This document shows positions 1-11,651 of a stretch of DNA of 64,000 nucleotides, piece after piece. The stretch's first letter is position 1. The number at the start of each line of letters is the position of its first letter. The position numbers and the translations under genes were made by a program. The notes under the pieces were generated by a model. The model was not told the origin of the DNA. It was given only the letters and a program-made list of their open reading frames with translations, and did not search any database. This stretch comes from an uncultured Nitrososphaerales archaeon (GTDB lineage Archaea > Thermoproteota > Nitrososphaeria > Nitrososphaerales > Nitrososphaeraceae): assembly GCA_963695855.1 (NCBI GenBank), contig CAVOHZ010000010.1, positions 1-64,000 on the forward strand. Direction: 5' to 3'.

Positions 1-187
1 CTAGATTGATAATATTATTGTTATAGTACAAGTTTATTAGCTATTTTTGAAAATTTAGTTAAACATTTTATTTACAAATATTTATCAAGATTAACACTTA
101 ATATTCTTCTTAGGGTATGATATACAATAATCGTATGTGAGATTGATCTTTCGTTACTTATAAAAGAATTATAGAGAATTAGTACAC

Positions 188-940
188 ATGTCGAATACGA
201 CTATATTTGTAACAATGACTTTCTTAACTGCAGTAGCAACTATTTTTTCACCTATGGCTGTATCTGCGTTCCCAAACCAAGGTGATTTTTTGGATCTAAA
301 AAAAGCAGTACTAGACATAAATGATGAAGTAATAACAGATATCATCTTTAAAGCACAAGCAAATATTCCTGAACATCCTGGAATTAATTGGGGATATGGA
401 ATAATAACATTAGATGAATCAGATAATACAAATGTCATAGCAACAACGTCACATCCTGACCTTCCAATTGCAGATAGTATATTACAAAACGGCAATCCAG
501 CAAATGATGTTATACATAATCACTACGTAATATTAGGAGTAGATGCACAAGGACTGTGTGAAGATAATCCATTTGTACAGGATCTAACCTTTCAATCACC
601 TGGCAAGATATTTGTAAAACAAAATGAAGCGATATTGAAAAACCTACCAAAATCAGTAACTGGAGGCAATTTCCTGATCCCGAGCCTAGTCTTTATTCCT
701 GGAACAAATTATCAAGTAGCAGCATCATTTCAATTAGAATATCGTGAAAATCCAATGAACCCAACGGATTTCGCAATCTGTGTTGTTGATGTTAGACCAT
801 TAGACCCACAGGAACAGAGTACGGTAATCATAGGAGAGAAGGATTTCTTCGATCACAAGCAAAGACCACACGACAACGATGGTGGATATGACCTATTCGT
901 AGGCAATAATCATCGTGGACATGACAACGCAAAAAGATAA
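188..940 (+). CDS. Secreted hypothetical protein with His motifs (TSHP...IHNH) and Asp/Gly/Tyr-rich tail
   Basis: 250-aa ORF with hydrophobic N-terminal signal (AVSA-F) and two Cys. The tail appears to continue in another frame (DNNYYGGYDNE). Confidence 0.75.
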   Translation: MSNTTIFVTMTFLTAVATIFSPMAVSAFPNQGDFLDLKKAVLDINDEVITDIIFKAQANIPEHPGINWGYGIITLDESDNTNVIATTSHPDLPIADSILQNGNPANDVIHNHYVILGVDAQGLCEDNPFVQDLTFQSPGKIFVKQNEAILKNLPKSVTGGNFLIPSLVFIPGTNYQVAASFQLEYRENPMNPTDFAICVVDVRPLDPQEQSTVIIGEKDFFDHKQRPHDNDGGYDLFVGNNHRGHDNAKR

Positions 941-1269
941 CAATTATTACGGAGGATATGACAACGAACAGAAGATCATATAGTCCTTACTAAACTACTA
1001 ACCAGAAAATGAATCAAACTAAATAAAAAAGAAGATAAGCACAAAAATTTTCATTTTTTTACAGCATTCCACGTTTTCAAGATTCATATACATTGTAAAT
1101 CTATTGCTTCAGAGATATTCTATACTTTTTTATAGAACAGATTTCATATTGTACCTAAAGATCAGTTGCTATTCTTTTTATTGTTAATAATTCAGAATGA
1201 TCGAATATTAGAACATTAGATAATGTTCCTTCCAACTATAGATATATTAAATTCGTATTTAACAATGTA

Positions 1270-1698
1270 ATGAGCAATAAAATGATAGTTTTTGCTTCCA
1301 TAATCTGAGCAATATTAGCGACAAGTCTAGTAGCTTTAAACCCTTCAATAGTAGGAAATGCGGGTGCACAATTGTACGGAGACCAGTACGGATATGATAA
1401 CCATCCAAAAAAGAGTTCTCATATAGATATCCAGAAAATAAAATGTGTGAACAGTAACATCAATGTAAACGGTGTAGATATTACTCAGATACCTCGAGAC
1501 GATATTGGTGGACTTGCAGCAAATGAAGAAGCAGGCGGTGAAGGAACAGCAACAGATGCAGAAAATACACAAAATGGTAACGGACCTGGAGATAGAATAA
1601 ACTTTGACAGGAACCTTGTAAATGTATGCGTCAATCTCGATTTTAATAATCAAGAAAGATCACCAATTTTAGGAGATTTCACAAGCACGTTACAATAA
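1270..1698 (+). pseudogene. Small secreted Asn-rich protein, paralog of 11023..11550, with in-frame TGA in the signal peptide
   Basis: ATG at 1270 reads MSNKMIVFASII*AILATSLVALNP (TGA at 1306) in frame with ORF 1372..1698. It aligns to MSNNNSQKIVFASILAAILATGLLALNP and shares GDRINFDRNLVNxCVNLxFNNQERxPILGDFTSTL. Confidence 0.8.
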
Positions 1699-2552
1699 CC
1701 ATAATTTTTTTTCTTTCTTTTTTTTATTACTCTACCAATATTTTACAAATCTAATATTATAGAAATGCTTAACCCATGTTGAATCTCTGCCCCTTTCCGC
1801 CGAAGCCCAAAGAAAATTCCTAGCAATAATACAACTTGATGTTATTTATATTACATGATATTTCTAATACAAAGACTCACTCTGGTTTTCCAACGGTCTA
1901 AAATGTAAAAGATTTGCCTAAATTCTTTTACAATCCAACAATGTCAAATGAAAATAAAATTAAAGGATTTATTTTTTATTTTATATGACTATGTATAAGT
2001 GACTATGAAGATTTTCATAGAATCATGAATCTTTAAAACTAATAGGAGTTATTCCTTTTTCTCCTCAGGTTTAATATATTTTTTCTTTCTTTATTTTGGC
2101 ATCACGTCAAATTCTATTTCCTTTTTTTAGCTTGATGCTAATATTATAAGAATCCACTACCATAGTTAAAAAGCATACAGATACGCAATTAAATAAGTTA
2201 CATTTCTGGCAAACTTTTTTAAATATAATATATGTTTTATTCCAGTGTATTGTACTCTTATTATTCTACTGAAATCGGTATTACAGCCAACAGACCCTAG
2301 TCAATTGACGCATTACTCTACATATATCGCAAAGTAAATTTTTATTATAAAAACTAGGGTTAGATAGTAAACTAAAATAATTCTATCTTATATAGAATTA
2401 GATTGTTATAAAACAGTGTATAATTATTTCATATGATTATATTAGTATATACCAAGAAATGGATTCATTTTATAACTGATTATGAGCTATTTATTTAACA
2501 TAAAGATCCATCAAAATTCAGAATAATATATATATGGTTATTCTATTTTGGA

Positions 2553-5020
2553 TTGAAACTAAAACTTGGTATTTTAGTAGTGCTTGTAGTAATGTCAGCA
2601 ATTTCAGGATTCAATAATGGTATTATTTCAGGTGCAAATGCAGCAGAACACGCAGTGTCATTAGAAATGGGATTACAAGACGAGTCCTATCAAGAACAGG
2701 AAAATGATTACGATACGGACGAGGTTGGTTATCCAGATAACTACGGACAGGACCATGAAGGGTATTCCAGTTACAATGATTATGGATCAAGTGAAGATGG
2801 ATCTTATGGAAAGAGTTATAACAACATGGGTTATGACGATAGTAATACTTATTCTGATTATGGAACTTATTATCCACCAGAAAAACCAGACAAGAAAAAT
2901 AAGTTTACTTGTCCGGATACTGGAATAATAGTTGACAAGGAAGAAAATTGTCCTGTTGTCTGTCCACCGGGATCGTTGCTGGAGGGCCAGCTGGCAGTTC
3001 CAGGATCTGATCTGGAGCAAATATGTAACTTTCCAGACGTAGAAATATGTGCTGAAGAAACAGACTTGGCAGGACTTTTAGTTGCAGATACAGATGGTAA
3101 TAATGATGGTCTGGAAGAAGCCTGTGTCATTCGAACTCATGTCCAGAGGGGACGGCACTTGAAGGGTTTAGTGCTTAACTTTACTCAATTTAATACAGAT
3201 GACACGCGATCCAACGACCCGGTTGCCAGATAGGATATTCTGATATCTGCCATAAACGGCCTTGAAAAGTGTCCACCAGGAACGCCACAGTCAGGACACT
3301 TTGTAATGGGTGACGGTGACTTGACAACAACTGTACCCGATGACACGATGCTTACAAGAATCTGTAACGCTGATGGTGACCAGGCCGAGGTATGTCCCGA
3401 GAGAACCGATCTAGCCGGAGTACTAGTAGAGAATGCACCTGAAGACTGTGTATTGAACTCCTGTCCAGAAGGAACGGCACTTGCAGGTGTAGTGCTTAAC
3501 TTTACTCAATTTAATACAGATCATACGGGTCCAGACGGTATGCCAGATAGGATACCTGATATCTGTACCATAAACGGCCTTGAAAAGTGTCCACCAGGAA
3601 CGCCACAGTCAGGACACTTTGTAATGGGTGATGGTGATTTGAGCAACAACTGTACCCGATGACCCGATGCTTACAAGAATCTGTAACGCTGATGGTGACC
3701 AGGCCGAGGTATGTCCCGAGAGAACCGATCTAGCCGGAGTACTAGTAGAGAATGCACCTGAAGACTGTGTATTGAACTCCTGTCCAGAAGGAACGGCACT
3801 TGCAGGTGTAGTGCTTAACTTTACTCAATTTAATACAGATGCTACGGGTCCAGACGGTATGCCAGATAGGATACCTGATATCTGTACCATAAACGGCCTT
3901 GAAAAGTGTCCACCAGGAACGCCACAGTCAGGACACTTTGTAATGGGTGATGGTGATTTGAGTACAACTGTACCCGATGACCCGATGCTTACAAGAATCT
4001 GTAACGCTGATGGTGACCAGGCCGAGGTATGTCCCGAGAGAACCGATCTAGCCGGAGTACTAGTAGAGAATGCACCTGAAGACTGTGTATTGAACTCCTG
4101 TCCAGAAGGAACGGCACTTGCAGGTGTAGTGCTTAACTTTACTCAATTTAATACAGATGATACGGGTCCAGACGGTATGCCAGATAGGATACCTGATATC
4201 TGTACCATAAACGGCCTTGAAAAGTGTCCACCAGGAACGCCACAGTCAGGACACTTTGTAATGGGTGATGGTGATTTGAGTACAAATGTACCCGATGACC
4301 CGATGCTTACAAGAATCTGTAACGCTGATGGTGACCAGGCCGAGGTATGTCCCGAGAGAACCGATCTAGCCGGAGTACTAGTAGAGAATGCACCTGAAGA
4401 CTGTGTATTGAACTCCTGTCCAGAAGGAACGGCACTTGCAGGTGTAGTGCTTAACTTTACTCAATTTAATACAGATGATGACGGGTCCAGACGGTATGCC
4501 AGATATGATACCTGATATCTGTACCATAAACTTCGTTACAGAACAAGATAAAGAATGTCAAATATGTGCTACTAGGGCATTAATGCCCTTTACCGGAAAT
4601 CCCTTATCGGAAGTTAATGTCAGACTTGACGCCATTACTAGTCAAACTACCGACGCGCTCGGTTTAACTGCATTGTGCGAATTGGAGGGCCAAGATTTAA
4701 GAGACGAATGGTGTGATAGTGTTGCTAACGATACTAATGATAACTTCGACGATTCAAATGAAATATTCAACGATTGTCTAGACGCAGCAGGATTTGGAGG
4801 AGATTTCCCCACTGAAGGTGAATGCATTACAGGTTTGACAGCCGGCAATGTTGAAAGTCAATCTAGCGCCAGCGACTCTGCACTTCAAACCAGCAGTAGC
4901 AACATGCAGCCCAATAACCTAGAGTCACAGAAATTCAATCAAAACGTAGAAGTAAACAAAAACATGGAACAACCAAAGAAAACTTCAATACTTCCTTGGT
5001 TCAAGTTCAACCACCAATAA
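2553..5020 (+). CDS. Secreted Cys-rich repeat protein (gene A), split by frameshifts into ORFs 2553..3233, 3306..3662, 3667..4515, 4475..5020
   Basis: Signal peptide, Tyr/Asp-rich linker, CP..T.LAGV.V....C modules, 318-bp tandem repeat, KECQICA helical domain and tail EQPKKTSILPWFKFNHQ. The fragments join into one repeat-consistent reading. Confidence 0.85.
3130..4530 (+). repeat. 318-bp (106-aa) coding tandem repeat, ~4.4 copies
   Basis: Anchor gacccgatgcttacaagaatc recurs at 3661, 3979 and 4297 (spacing 318). The preceding copy at 3342 is 319 away, i.e. a 1-bp insertion. Confidence 0.9.
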
Positions 5021-5427
5021 TTTTTTTAACCCTCTATTTTTTTTATTCTGTATTAGTATCTTTTACTGATAATAAATAAAACTATTTTAGAACTCTATAG
5101 ATAACATTTTATAATATATTATTTGTTTTCTTTTTAATTGGAAGAATAAAACGCTATTTTTTAGGTAATACCTATTTGTTGTACTTACACATATAGATTG
5201 TAATTTCGTTTTCACAGATAGGTAACAATTTTTAATCTGCTAATAGTAAGTGGATAAAAAATATAAAAGTATCCTGTTAATAATATCTTCAGTGTTTTAG
5301 AAATATTATAATATAGAAAATGATTTATTTATCTATTATTATCTTATTTTTTTTATAAAGCTGCTTTTACCATATATAACATAAATTGCAATAATTAAAA
5401 TTTTTTTATGTTTATAGATCTTGAGAT

Positions 5428-7143
5428 CTATCCTTCTTTTATTACTTTTATCTTTTTGTCTTTCATGTTTTCTCTTTTTTTTACTATTTTTTTCTTTCTT
5501 CTCTTTTTGTTGATGTTATTGTTGATTTTATTGTTCTTCTCTTCTATTTTGAATTGTGACCTAACTGACTTTTTAGGTTCTTTAATTACGATAAAGAGAG
5601 GAATAAGCGGTAAGAAATAATTAAAAACACAGATTATAAGAATTCTTTTTATTAAATTTTTTTGTATCTGTACCTTTTCTGCATTAAAAAGCCTAGAGTA
5701 AAAATAAAGAGTCGTAACTAATGAAAAAAGAAAAACTTCGAGATTAGATTTAACTATTGCCAATTTATCTATATAAGATCTCTTTATCAATATTTTATTA
5801 TCCAAACCTTGCATTGTATCTCTTACTGTTGGATATTTGGTTAGATCTATTGAAAGACGTTCAAGATAAGTTCTGTCACCATACGGCATATTATTACACA
5901 GATCTGTTTTAAAAATATTGAAAGCCATTAGAATATCATGTTCATTTAATCCTGCACTTATCAAGTTTTCTAAAATAGAGGATACGATGGGTTGAGATTC
6001 CATTATCTTTCTTCCAGAAGATATTTCACTATTTAATAGAGAAAGTTTATCTGCCTTTTCTAAAATCTCTTTTTCAAGAGTTAGAAGAGAATACAAGCGA
6101 TCTATATATCTAAAGAACAGACTTTTGATCTCGTTTTTATTCAGACCATATCTTTTAGAGATGTCTGAAAATGCCCTCTCTAGATTTTTAATATCAGAAG
6201 AATTAAACCCGAGCCGTTCCAACTGTTTTAGGGATAGAACCATATGTTCATTTGAGTCAATCTTCGTTTCATAATTATCACTTATAGTCTTTAAATCTTG
6301 GATATGAGATTCAAGCCCCTTTATTTTTCTGGCTTTATTTTCGACTAGATCTCGGTATTCAGCTATATCTGAAAATTCGCTAAGGATTTTAAGAGGTTTG
6401 AAATGCATCTCTTGAAAAATCTTTATAACATCTATTAAAGATTCCAATACATAAATATCTATATCATTTTTCTCTAGTTCATCCTTTGCATCCTTGAATA
6501 ACGAAAAGTCTTTTCTCTCATTTTGCATCCCTTTTCTAACAGAATCTAAATCATCTTGTAAATCCTGGATCTCTTTTCCCTTTCTTTCCTTTTCCCGATC
6601 CAATTTTTGGATTTCACCTTTTTTGTTATAGATGTCTATATCTAGTTTAATCTGTTCTTGTCGTCTTTTGTTGATATATTTTGGTATTTCATTTAATGAA
6701 TTTATCTCTGGAAAGGCATTTATGACTTTCACCAGTCTTGCAATATCAGCAGCTAGTAATCTTTCTTTTTTACTTTCATTATATAAGTTTTGTAAAAAGT
6801 CCAAGAGGTGGTCCTCATCTATACATAGTTGTTTAATTAGGTTATTGATTCTTGCACCATCAACGCATTGGAGTGGCGATATTTCTGCCTTTTTTAATGC
6901 TAATGCCAATTCTCTAAGATTGGTTGCATCAAAGAGACCGATCCTATTCTGCCATTGCTCTATAATATTCGAAACTGAACCTGTGCTAATATTAAGTTCT
7001 AGGGCTATTCTATCTCGTGTCTTGCCCATCATCCATGCATCTATAACCGCTGATTTGATATGTTCTTGTGTTGGTAACCGCATTACATAAAAGTGGTTAA
7101 AAAAAGACTTATTTATACATTTATGATTCCTAAAATAGGACAA
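5428..7143 (-). CDS. N-terminal HTH + long coiled-coil protein with C-terminal hydrophobic and Lys-rich segments
   Basis: GKTRDRIALELNISTGSVSNII is HTH-like, followed by heptad-rich E/K/L segments. True start probably MRLPTQ (~7083). Confidence 0.75.
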   Translation of the reverse strand: MSYFRNHKCINKSFFNHFYVMRLPTQEHIKSAVIDAWMMGKTRDRIALELNISTGSVSNIIEQWQNRIGLFDATNLRELALALKKAEISPLQCVDGARINNLIKQLCIDEDHLLDFLQNLYNESKKERLLAADIARLVKVINAFPEINSLNEIPKYINKRRQEQIKLDIDIYNKKGEIQKLDREKERKGKEIQDLQDDLDSVRKGMQNERKDFSLFKDAKDELEKNDIDIYVLESLIDVIKIFQEMHFKPLKILSEFSDIAEYRDLVENKARKIKGLESHIQDLKTISDNYETKIDSNEHMVLSLKQLERLGFNSSDIKNLERAFSDISKRYGLNKNEIKSLFFRYIDRLYSLLTLEKEILEKADKLSLLNSEISSGRKIMESQPIVSSILENLISAGLNEHDILMAFNIFKTDLCNNMPYGDRTYLERLSIDLTKYPTVRDTMQGLDNKILIKRSYIDKLAIVKSNLEVFLFSLVTTLYFYSRLFNAEKVQIQKNLIKRILIICVFNYFLPLIPLFIVIKEPKKSVRSQFKIEEKNNKINNNINKKRRKKKIVKKRENMKDKKIKVIKEG

Positions 7144-7220
7144 ATATGTATATTTCTAATTCTAAGAAATAAAGAGATCAATTCATCGTATTAAGGTTAT
7201 AATCACCAACCCTCTACCAC

Positions 7221-7280
7221 CGTCATTTAATCAAAATTTCCGTCAAATAACCCGTCAAATCGTCAGCATTTTCGTCAAAT
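7221..7280. repeat. Cluster of five CGTCA(AAT) direct repeats
   Basis: CGTCA at 7221, 7241, 7253, 7261 and 7273 in an otherwise CpG-poor AT-rich intergenic region. Confidence 0.7.
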
Positions 7281-7451
7281 TCAAGTATCTAAAGCTAAAT
7301 ATGATAATCTATTTACTTAAGAAATCGCCTCTTCTATCCCCTCCTGAGAAAAGAAGTTTAGAGGAGGAACGCAGCTTTGAGGTGGAACATGGATTTGTTT
7401 TATTTTAATAGTTGAATAAAATAGATATGAATAATGGTAGACTAATGAGTC

Positions 7452-7880
7452 TTATAGCACAATATTATCCACAGAATGGAATTGAAAGTCAGAACCAGAC
7501 TTACTTTCAAATTTTGAATCCTTAAGCTTATCTCCAATTATGTTATTTAATTCATCAGATAGTTTATCAAATACATAAAGTTTGAATTTAAGGCTTGCAC
7601 CAAATAGGCCAAACTGCATTAATTTCTTTTTATCTTTGATTCTGCCTATTTCTTCCCCTATTCTTTTAATTCTAGTATTATTATTGGTTTTATTAAATCC
7701 AATCTCTTTCAAAGCATTATTAATTAAATCTCTTAACGTTCTTTTATCAAAAATATTGCTAATGGCAGGAATATAGTTAAGTTATCTACTAATTTTTTTA
7801 GCAAGTTTGACACTGAATTTAGGAATCTTATTAGTTCCTTTTTAACATCTCTCAAATTGTTGTATTCAATGGAACTTGGC
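7452..7880 (-). pseudogene. Probable degraded gene fragment (ORF 7452..7712 plus broken upstream frame)
   Basis: Protein-like Lys/Ile-rich ORF whose upstream reading is interrupted; lies next to an IS5. No family recognised. Confidence 0.35.
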
Positions 7881-7991
7881 AAATGTTAATTATTTGTGTA
7901 TTGTTTACACCTTTAAATTCTATACTAATAAATTGATAAATAATTTTTTATGGATAATATCGTATACCATAGAAAAATCTCTTTATGTTAA

Positions 7992-8888
7992 GAGCCTATC
8001 CAAAATTATCCTCCTGTAGATAATAATGCTATTTGCTAGTTGCACAAGACCTAGATAGTTCTCATCCTTCTTTTCATATCTTGTAAATAACTTCCTCAAT
8101 CTATTGTGCCATGAATTTGTTCTCTCTACAACCCATCTTCTTGAGGGATGTTTTGTAGAAAATATTCTTTCTTTTTCTCTTCTTCTGTGTCGTATATGCG
8201 GTATGTATCCCCTTTTGACCATTTCTTGTTCTACTTCGTTGGAATGATATGCTTTATCAAGACACAGATTTTGTTTCTTCTGGTTATGCTTTACTTTGGG
8301 AGATGATGATGGTCTTTTGATTAAAATATTATCAATTGTATCAATTGCAACAGTAACATCGTGAGTATTGGCAGATGTTATAACAGTTGAAAGGGGAATA
8401 CCATCTTTATCTGTAAGAATATGTCTTTTACTGCCTAATTTGCTTCTGTCAGTAGGATTAAGGCCTGTCCTCGCCCCCCTAAAGGTGACTTTATAGAGAT
8501 GCTGTTAAGTGATTGCCAGTTCCATTTGATTCCCTTCGTTAAATCATATATTTGTAGCAATCTTGTCCAGATTCTATCAAATATATCTGATTGTACCCAT
8601 TCTTGAAATCTTCTATGACATGTTGAACCAGAACCATATTCTTTGGGTAACATTTTCCACTGACATCCAGTTCTTAGTATAAACATTATTCCATCAAGGA
8701 CTTTTCTGTATGGAACAATTGGACGACCTATGGTGTTCTCCGGTTTCTCATCTGGTAAAATATCTTCAATTTCATTCCAAAGATCATCTGGAATGCGTAT
8801 GATTGTTCTAACATACTTTTTATTAAGCATTATCAGATATGATAAGAAACCAATGAGCTATATTCCTATCTATTTTTGGGATAGGCTC
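7992..8888 (-). mobile_element. IS5-family element (IS1031/IS427-like), two-ORF frameshift transposase
   Basis: Terminal IRs GAGCCTATCC(C)AAAA, 3-bp TSD TAA (7989-7991 / 8889-8891). OrfA has LRTGCQWKMLP..GSGSTCHRRFQEW; OrfB has LDKAY and RWVVERTNSWH; frames join at a G6 run (~8474-8479). Confidence 0.92.
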
Positions 8889-9154
8889 TAAATATCTTCT
8901 ATGTAAAACAATCAATATCAATTCGAAAGTACAATATTTATCTTATATTTTTGATTCGTTCTGTTAATATAGAACCTACTCCTATTACCTCTTCTATATT
9001 ATAGATGTATTACTATAAATCTTCAATAATTTTCAATAAATTTAAGACTACTGAATAGAATAAATGCTAGGATAAAAATTCCCAAATTCGGTAGTTTGTT
9101 GGAAAAAAAACCGGTGAATATTGACGAACTCTATAAAGACATTCCTCTTAACAA

Positions 9155-9565
9155 TTAAGCATCATCAGTAAAATCAGGAAACGATTCTTCAGTTTTTTTA
9201 TTTCTTCTTTCTTTCAAAAACCACTTGAAATATTCTGTTTTTGCTTCAACTCGTGAAAGTTTACAATTACACAATTTCTCAGTGCAATGATGAGGAATTC
9301 TAATCTTGTGTCTGCCTAATAGATGGTTACAACTAGGACATAGTGCTTCCTTTTCATTTATGCTTTTGTAAAGTAAGAATTCTTCACTATGGTGATGTTT
9401 ATTGAACTTTTTAGATGTGTTAAATGAATGCTTTTTCTTCATTTTTTGTTCCTGTCTGATTTGAGTACATCTACTGGTACAGTACTTGAATATATTCTGT
9501 TTTCGAACAAGATGCGGGAAAAGAAAGATTATTCTATAGATTGTATAGATTTGAAATCTGTTCAA
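9155..9565 (-). CDS. Small basic putative Zn-binding protein (CPSCNH...H...HC...CNC)
   Basis: Cys/His cluster in the ORF; probable start at MKKKHS (~9442). Confidence 0.5.
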   Translation of the reverse strand: MNRFQIYTIYRIIFLFPHLVRKQNIFKYCTSRCTQIRQEQKMKKKHSFNTSKKFNKHHHSEEFLLYKSINEKEALCPSCNHLLGRHKIRIPHHCTEKLCNCKLSRVEAKTEYFKWFLKERRNKKTEESFPDFTDDA

Positions 9566-9764
9566 TTTCCTAAACTACTTTATAAAATTAATATATGCTA
9601 TTCCTCTAATGCCTTTTGTACCACTCCAATAATATGTGACTAGTAACCTACTGCTGCTCTGCGAGTCATGTAATATTAACTAAAGACAGAATTGGTTTGC
9701 AAAATGTGAATCCTCCATTCTAGCATCTTAAAAGGACTTTAACGGCTTTGTTTATTCAAGAATA

Positions 9765-10286
9765 ATGACAATTATAGTTCTAACCGGAGCTCCGGGAGTG
9801 GGGAAGACCACACTCGTGATACGTGTTGCGGGAGCATTAAAGGAAAGAGGACTCAAAGTAGGAGGTATAGTTTCCAGAGAGGTAAGAACCAATAATATAA
9901 GGATTGGATTTGAGGTCATCGATCTTACCACAAATGATAGAAACATTTTGGCATCTATAAATGGAAATGGTCCTAAGGTTGGAAAATATTTCGTTAACTT
10001 TGAAGGGTGCCGCTTTGCAGCTGAAACACTGACCAATGCAATAAAGAATTCTGATATTATCATTTGTGACGAGATTGGGCCTATGGAGCTCAAATCAAGA
10101 GAGTTTATAGACGTCGTAAAGAATTTACTTAATGTAGACAAGAAAGTAATTGTTGTTGTACACCAAAAGCTACCACATCTTCTAATCGACGAGTTCAAAA
10201 ATAAATCTAGTCTTTTGATCAACCTCGATTTGAAAAACAGAGAAAAATTTACTGAAATTTTGCTCGATAGATTAATGATTGATTGA
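9765..10286 (+). CDS. Nucleoside-triphosphatase, THEP1/NTPase_1 family
   Basis: Walker A LTGAPGVGKTT, GPKVGKYFVN, and Walker B IICDEIGPMEL; 173 aa. Confidence 0.93.
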   Translation: MTIIVLTGAPGVGKTTLVIRVAGALKERGLKVGGIVSREVRTNNIRIGFEVIDLTTNDRNILASINGNGPKVGKYFVNFEGCRFAAETLTNAIKNSDIIICDEIGPMELKSREFIDVVKNLLNVDKKVIVVVHQKLPHLLIDEFKNKSSLLINLDLKNREKFTEILLDRLMID

Positions 10287-11022
10287 AACATAAATGCTAC
10301 AATTAAGCCCCTGCTTGTATATGTATACGGGGTCTCTTGCTTTTGTTGTTGTTATTTAGCTTTTAAGAATGCATGTCGTAGATACTATATAGTTACTTGT
10401 CAGGTTTCAATTTGACAAATATAAGCAATATGTTCTGAACCTAAAATAAAAGAATATGATGAACAGCAATGATACGAATTATATTTTATCAAAAAATGTT
10501 TGCAGTACCCCTACCAGATAAATCTGGATAATACTTTAGATATAAAGCTCACAAGAAATTCAAACTGTAATTGACAAGCTTGACCAGGCTATTTCTCTAA
10601 CGACCAACACAATCAATTGAAGACATGTCAAACTTTTTAGCAACCTCAACACAGCCAAACATGGAATTGGGATCATTTATTGATCTTATACCAGGTAATA
10701 CTGGTACTTCTCGTCGATAAAGATGTTATGCTCAGGTAGGTGTTTGGATAAGTTAGCATTAATTTTAGGCCGATCATAATAAGAGTAGGAACCCAAATCC
10801 TTATTCTTTTATTTCATTAATTTTTTATGCCATAATATTCTAGCCATATTTGTTCTCTTTCCAGATTGTATCTATGAATGTTTTAACCCTACCGATTTCA
10901 TATTTTACCTAAACATCTTTTCTATTCTTCTTATAGTCAATAATTCAGAATGATAAAATATTACAAGATCAGATAATGTTCCTTCCAACCATAGATATAT
11001 TAAATTCATAATTAACAATGTA

Positions 11023-11550
11023 ATGAGCAACAACAACAGTCAAAAGATAGTTTTTGCTTCTATACTGGCAGCAATACTAGCGACAGGTCTACTGGCTCTA
11101 AACCCATCGTCAATTACAAATGCGCAAGCGGTATTATACGGCGCAGATTATGACAGTAGATATTCCTATGGCGGTCAATACGGGGAACAGTATGATAACA
11201 ACAGATACGACGATAATAATAGGCACGGATATGATAGCTATGACAATAGTTATTATCCGGAACCAAAAAAAGATAAAAAAATTGGAAATGAGCAGGAAAT
11301 AAAATGTCTCAATAAGAACCTTAACTTAAATGGTCTAGATATTACCGAAATACCTCAAGACCCTACTACCTGGTCAGCAGCAAATGAAGCAGGAGTTGAC
11401 GGAACAAACGCAGCAAACACACAAAATGGTGATGGACTTGGAGATAGAATAAACTTCGACAGGAACCTCGTAAATATATGTGTCAATCTCAACTTTAACA
11501 ACCAAGAAAGAATACCGATATTAGGAGATTTCACAAGCACGTTACCATAA
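11023..11550 (+). CDS. Small secreted Asn-rich protein with Tyr/Asp linker and two-Cys NxNxN motif
   Basis: Signal peptide (NAQA), YDDNNR repeats, YYPEPKKDKK, KCLNKNLNLNG...NFDRNLVNICVNLNFNN. Confidence 0.85.
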   Translation: MSNNNSQKIVFASILAAILATGLLALNPSSITNAQAVLYGADYDSRYSYGGQYGEQYDNNRYDDNNRHGYDSYDNSYYPEPKKDKKIGNEQEIKCLNKNLNLNGLDITEIPQDPTTWSAANEAGVDGTNAANTQNGDGLGDRINFDRNLVNICVNLNFNNQERIPILGDFTSTLP

Positions 11551-11651
11551 ACATAATTTTTTTATTTTTTTATTTGGGATATCTAAATTAATTATTTTTT
11601 ATATTATCCTAGAGAAATTTAAAAATGATATGATATTTTGATTTATTTATT

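Noticed and set aside
1306-1308. Selenocysteine recoding of the in-frame TGA
   Set aside because: It aligns to Ala in a signal peptide, not to Cys; no SECIS-like element recognised.
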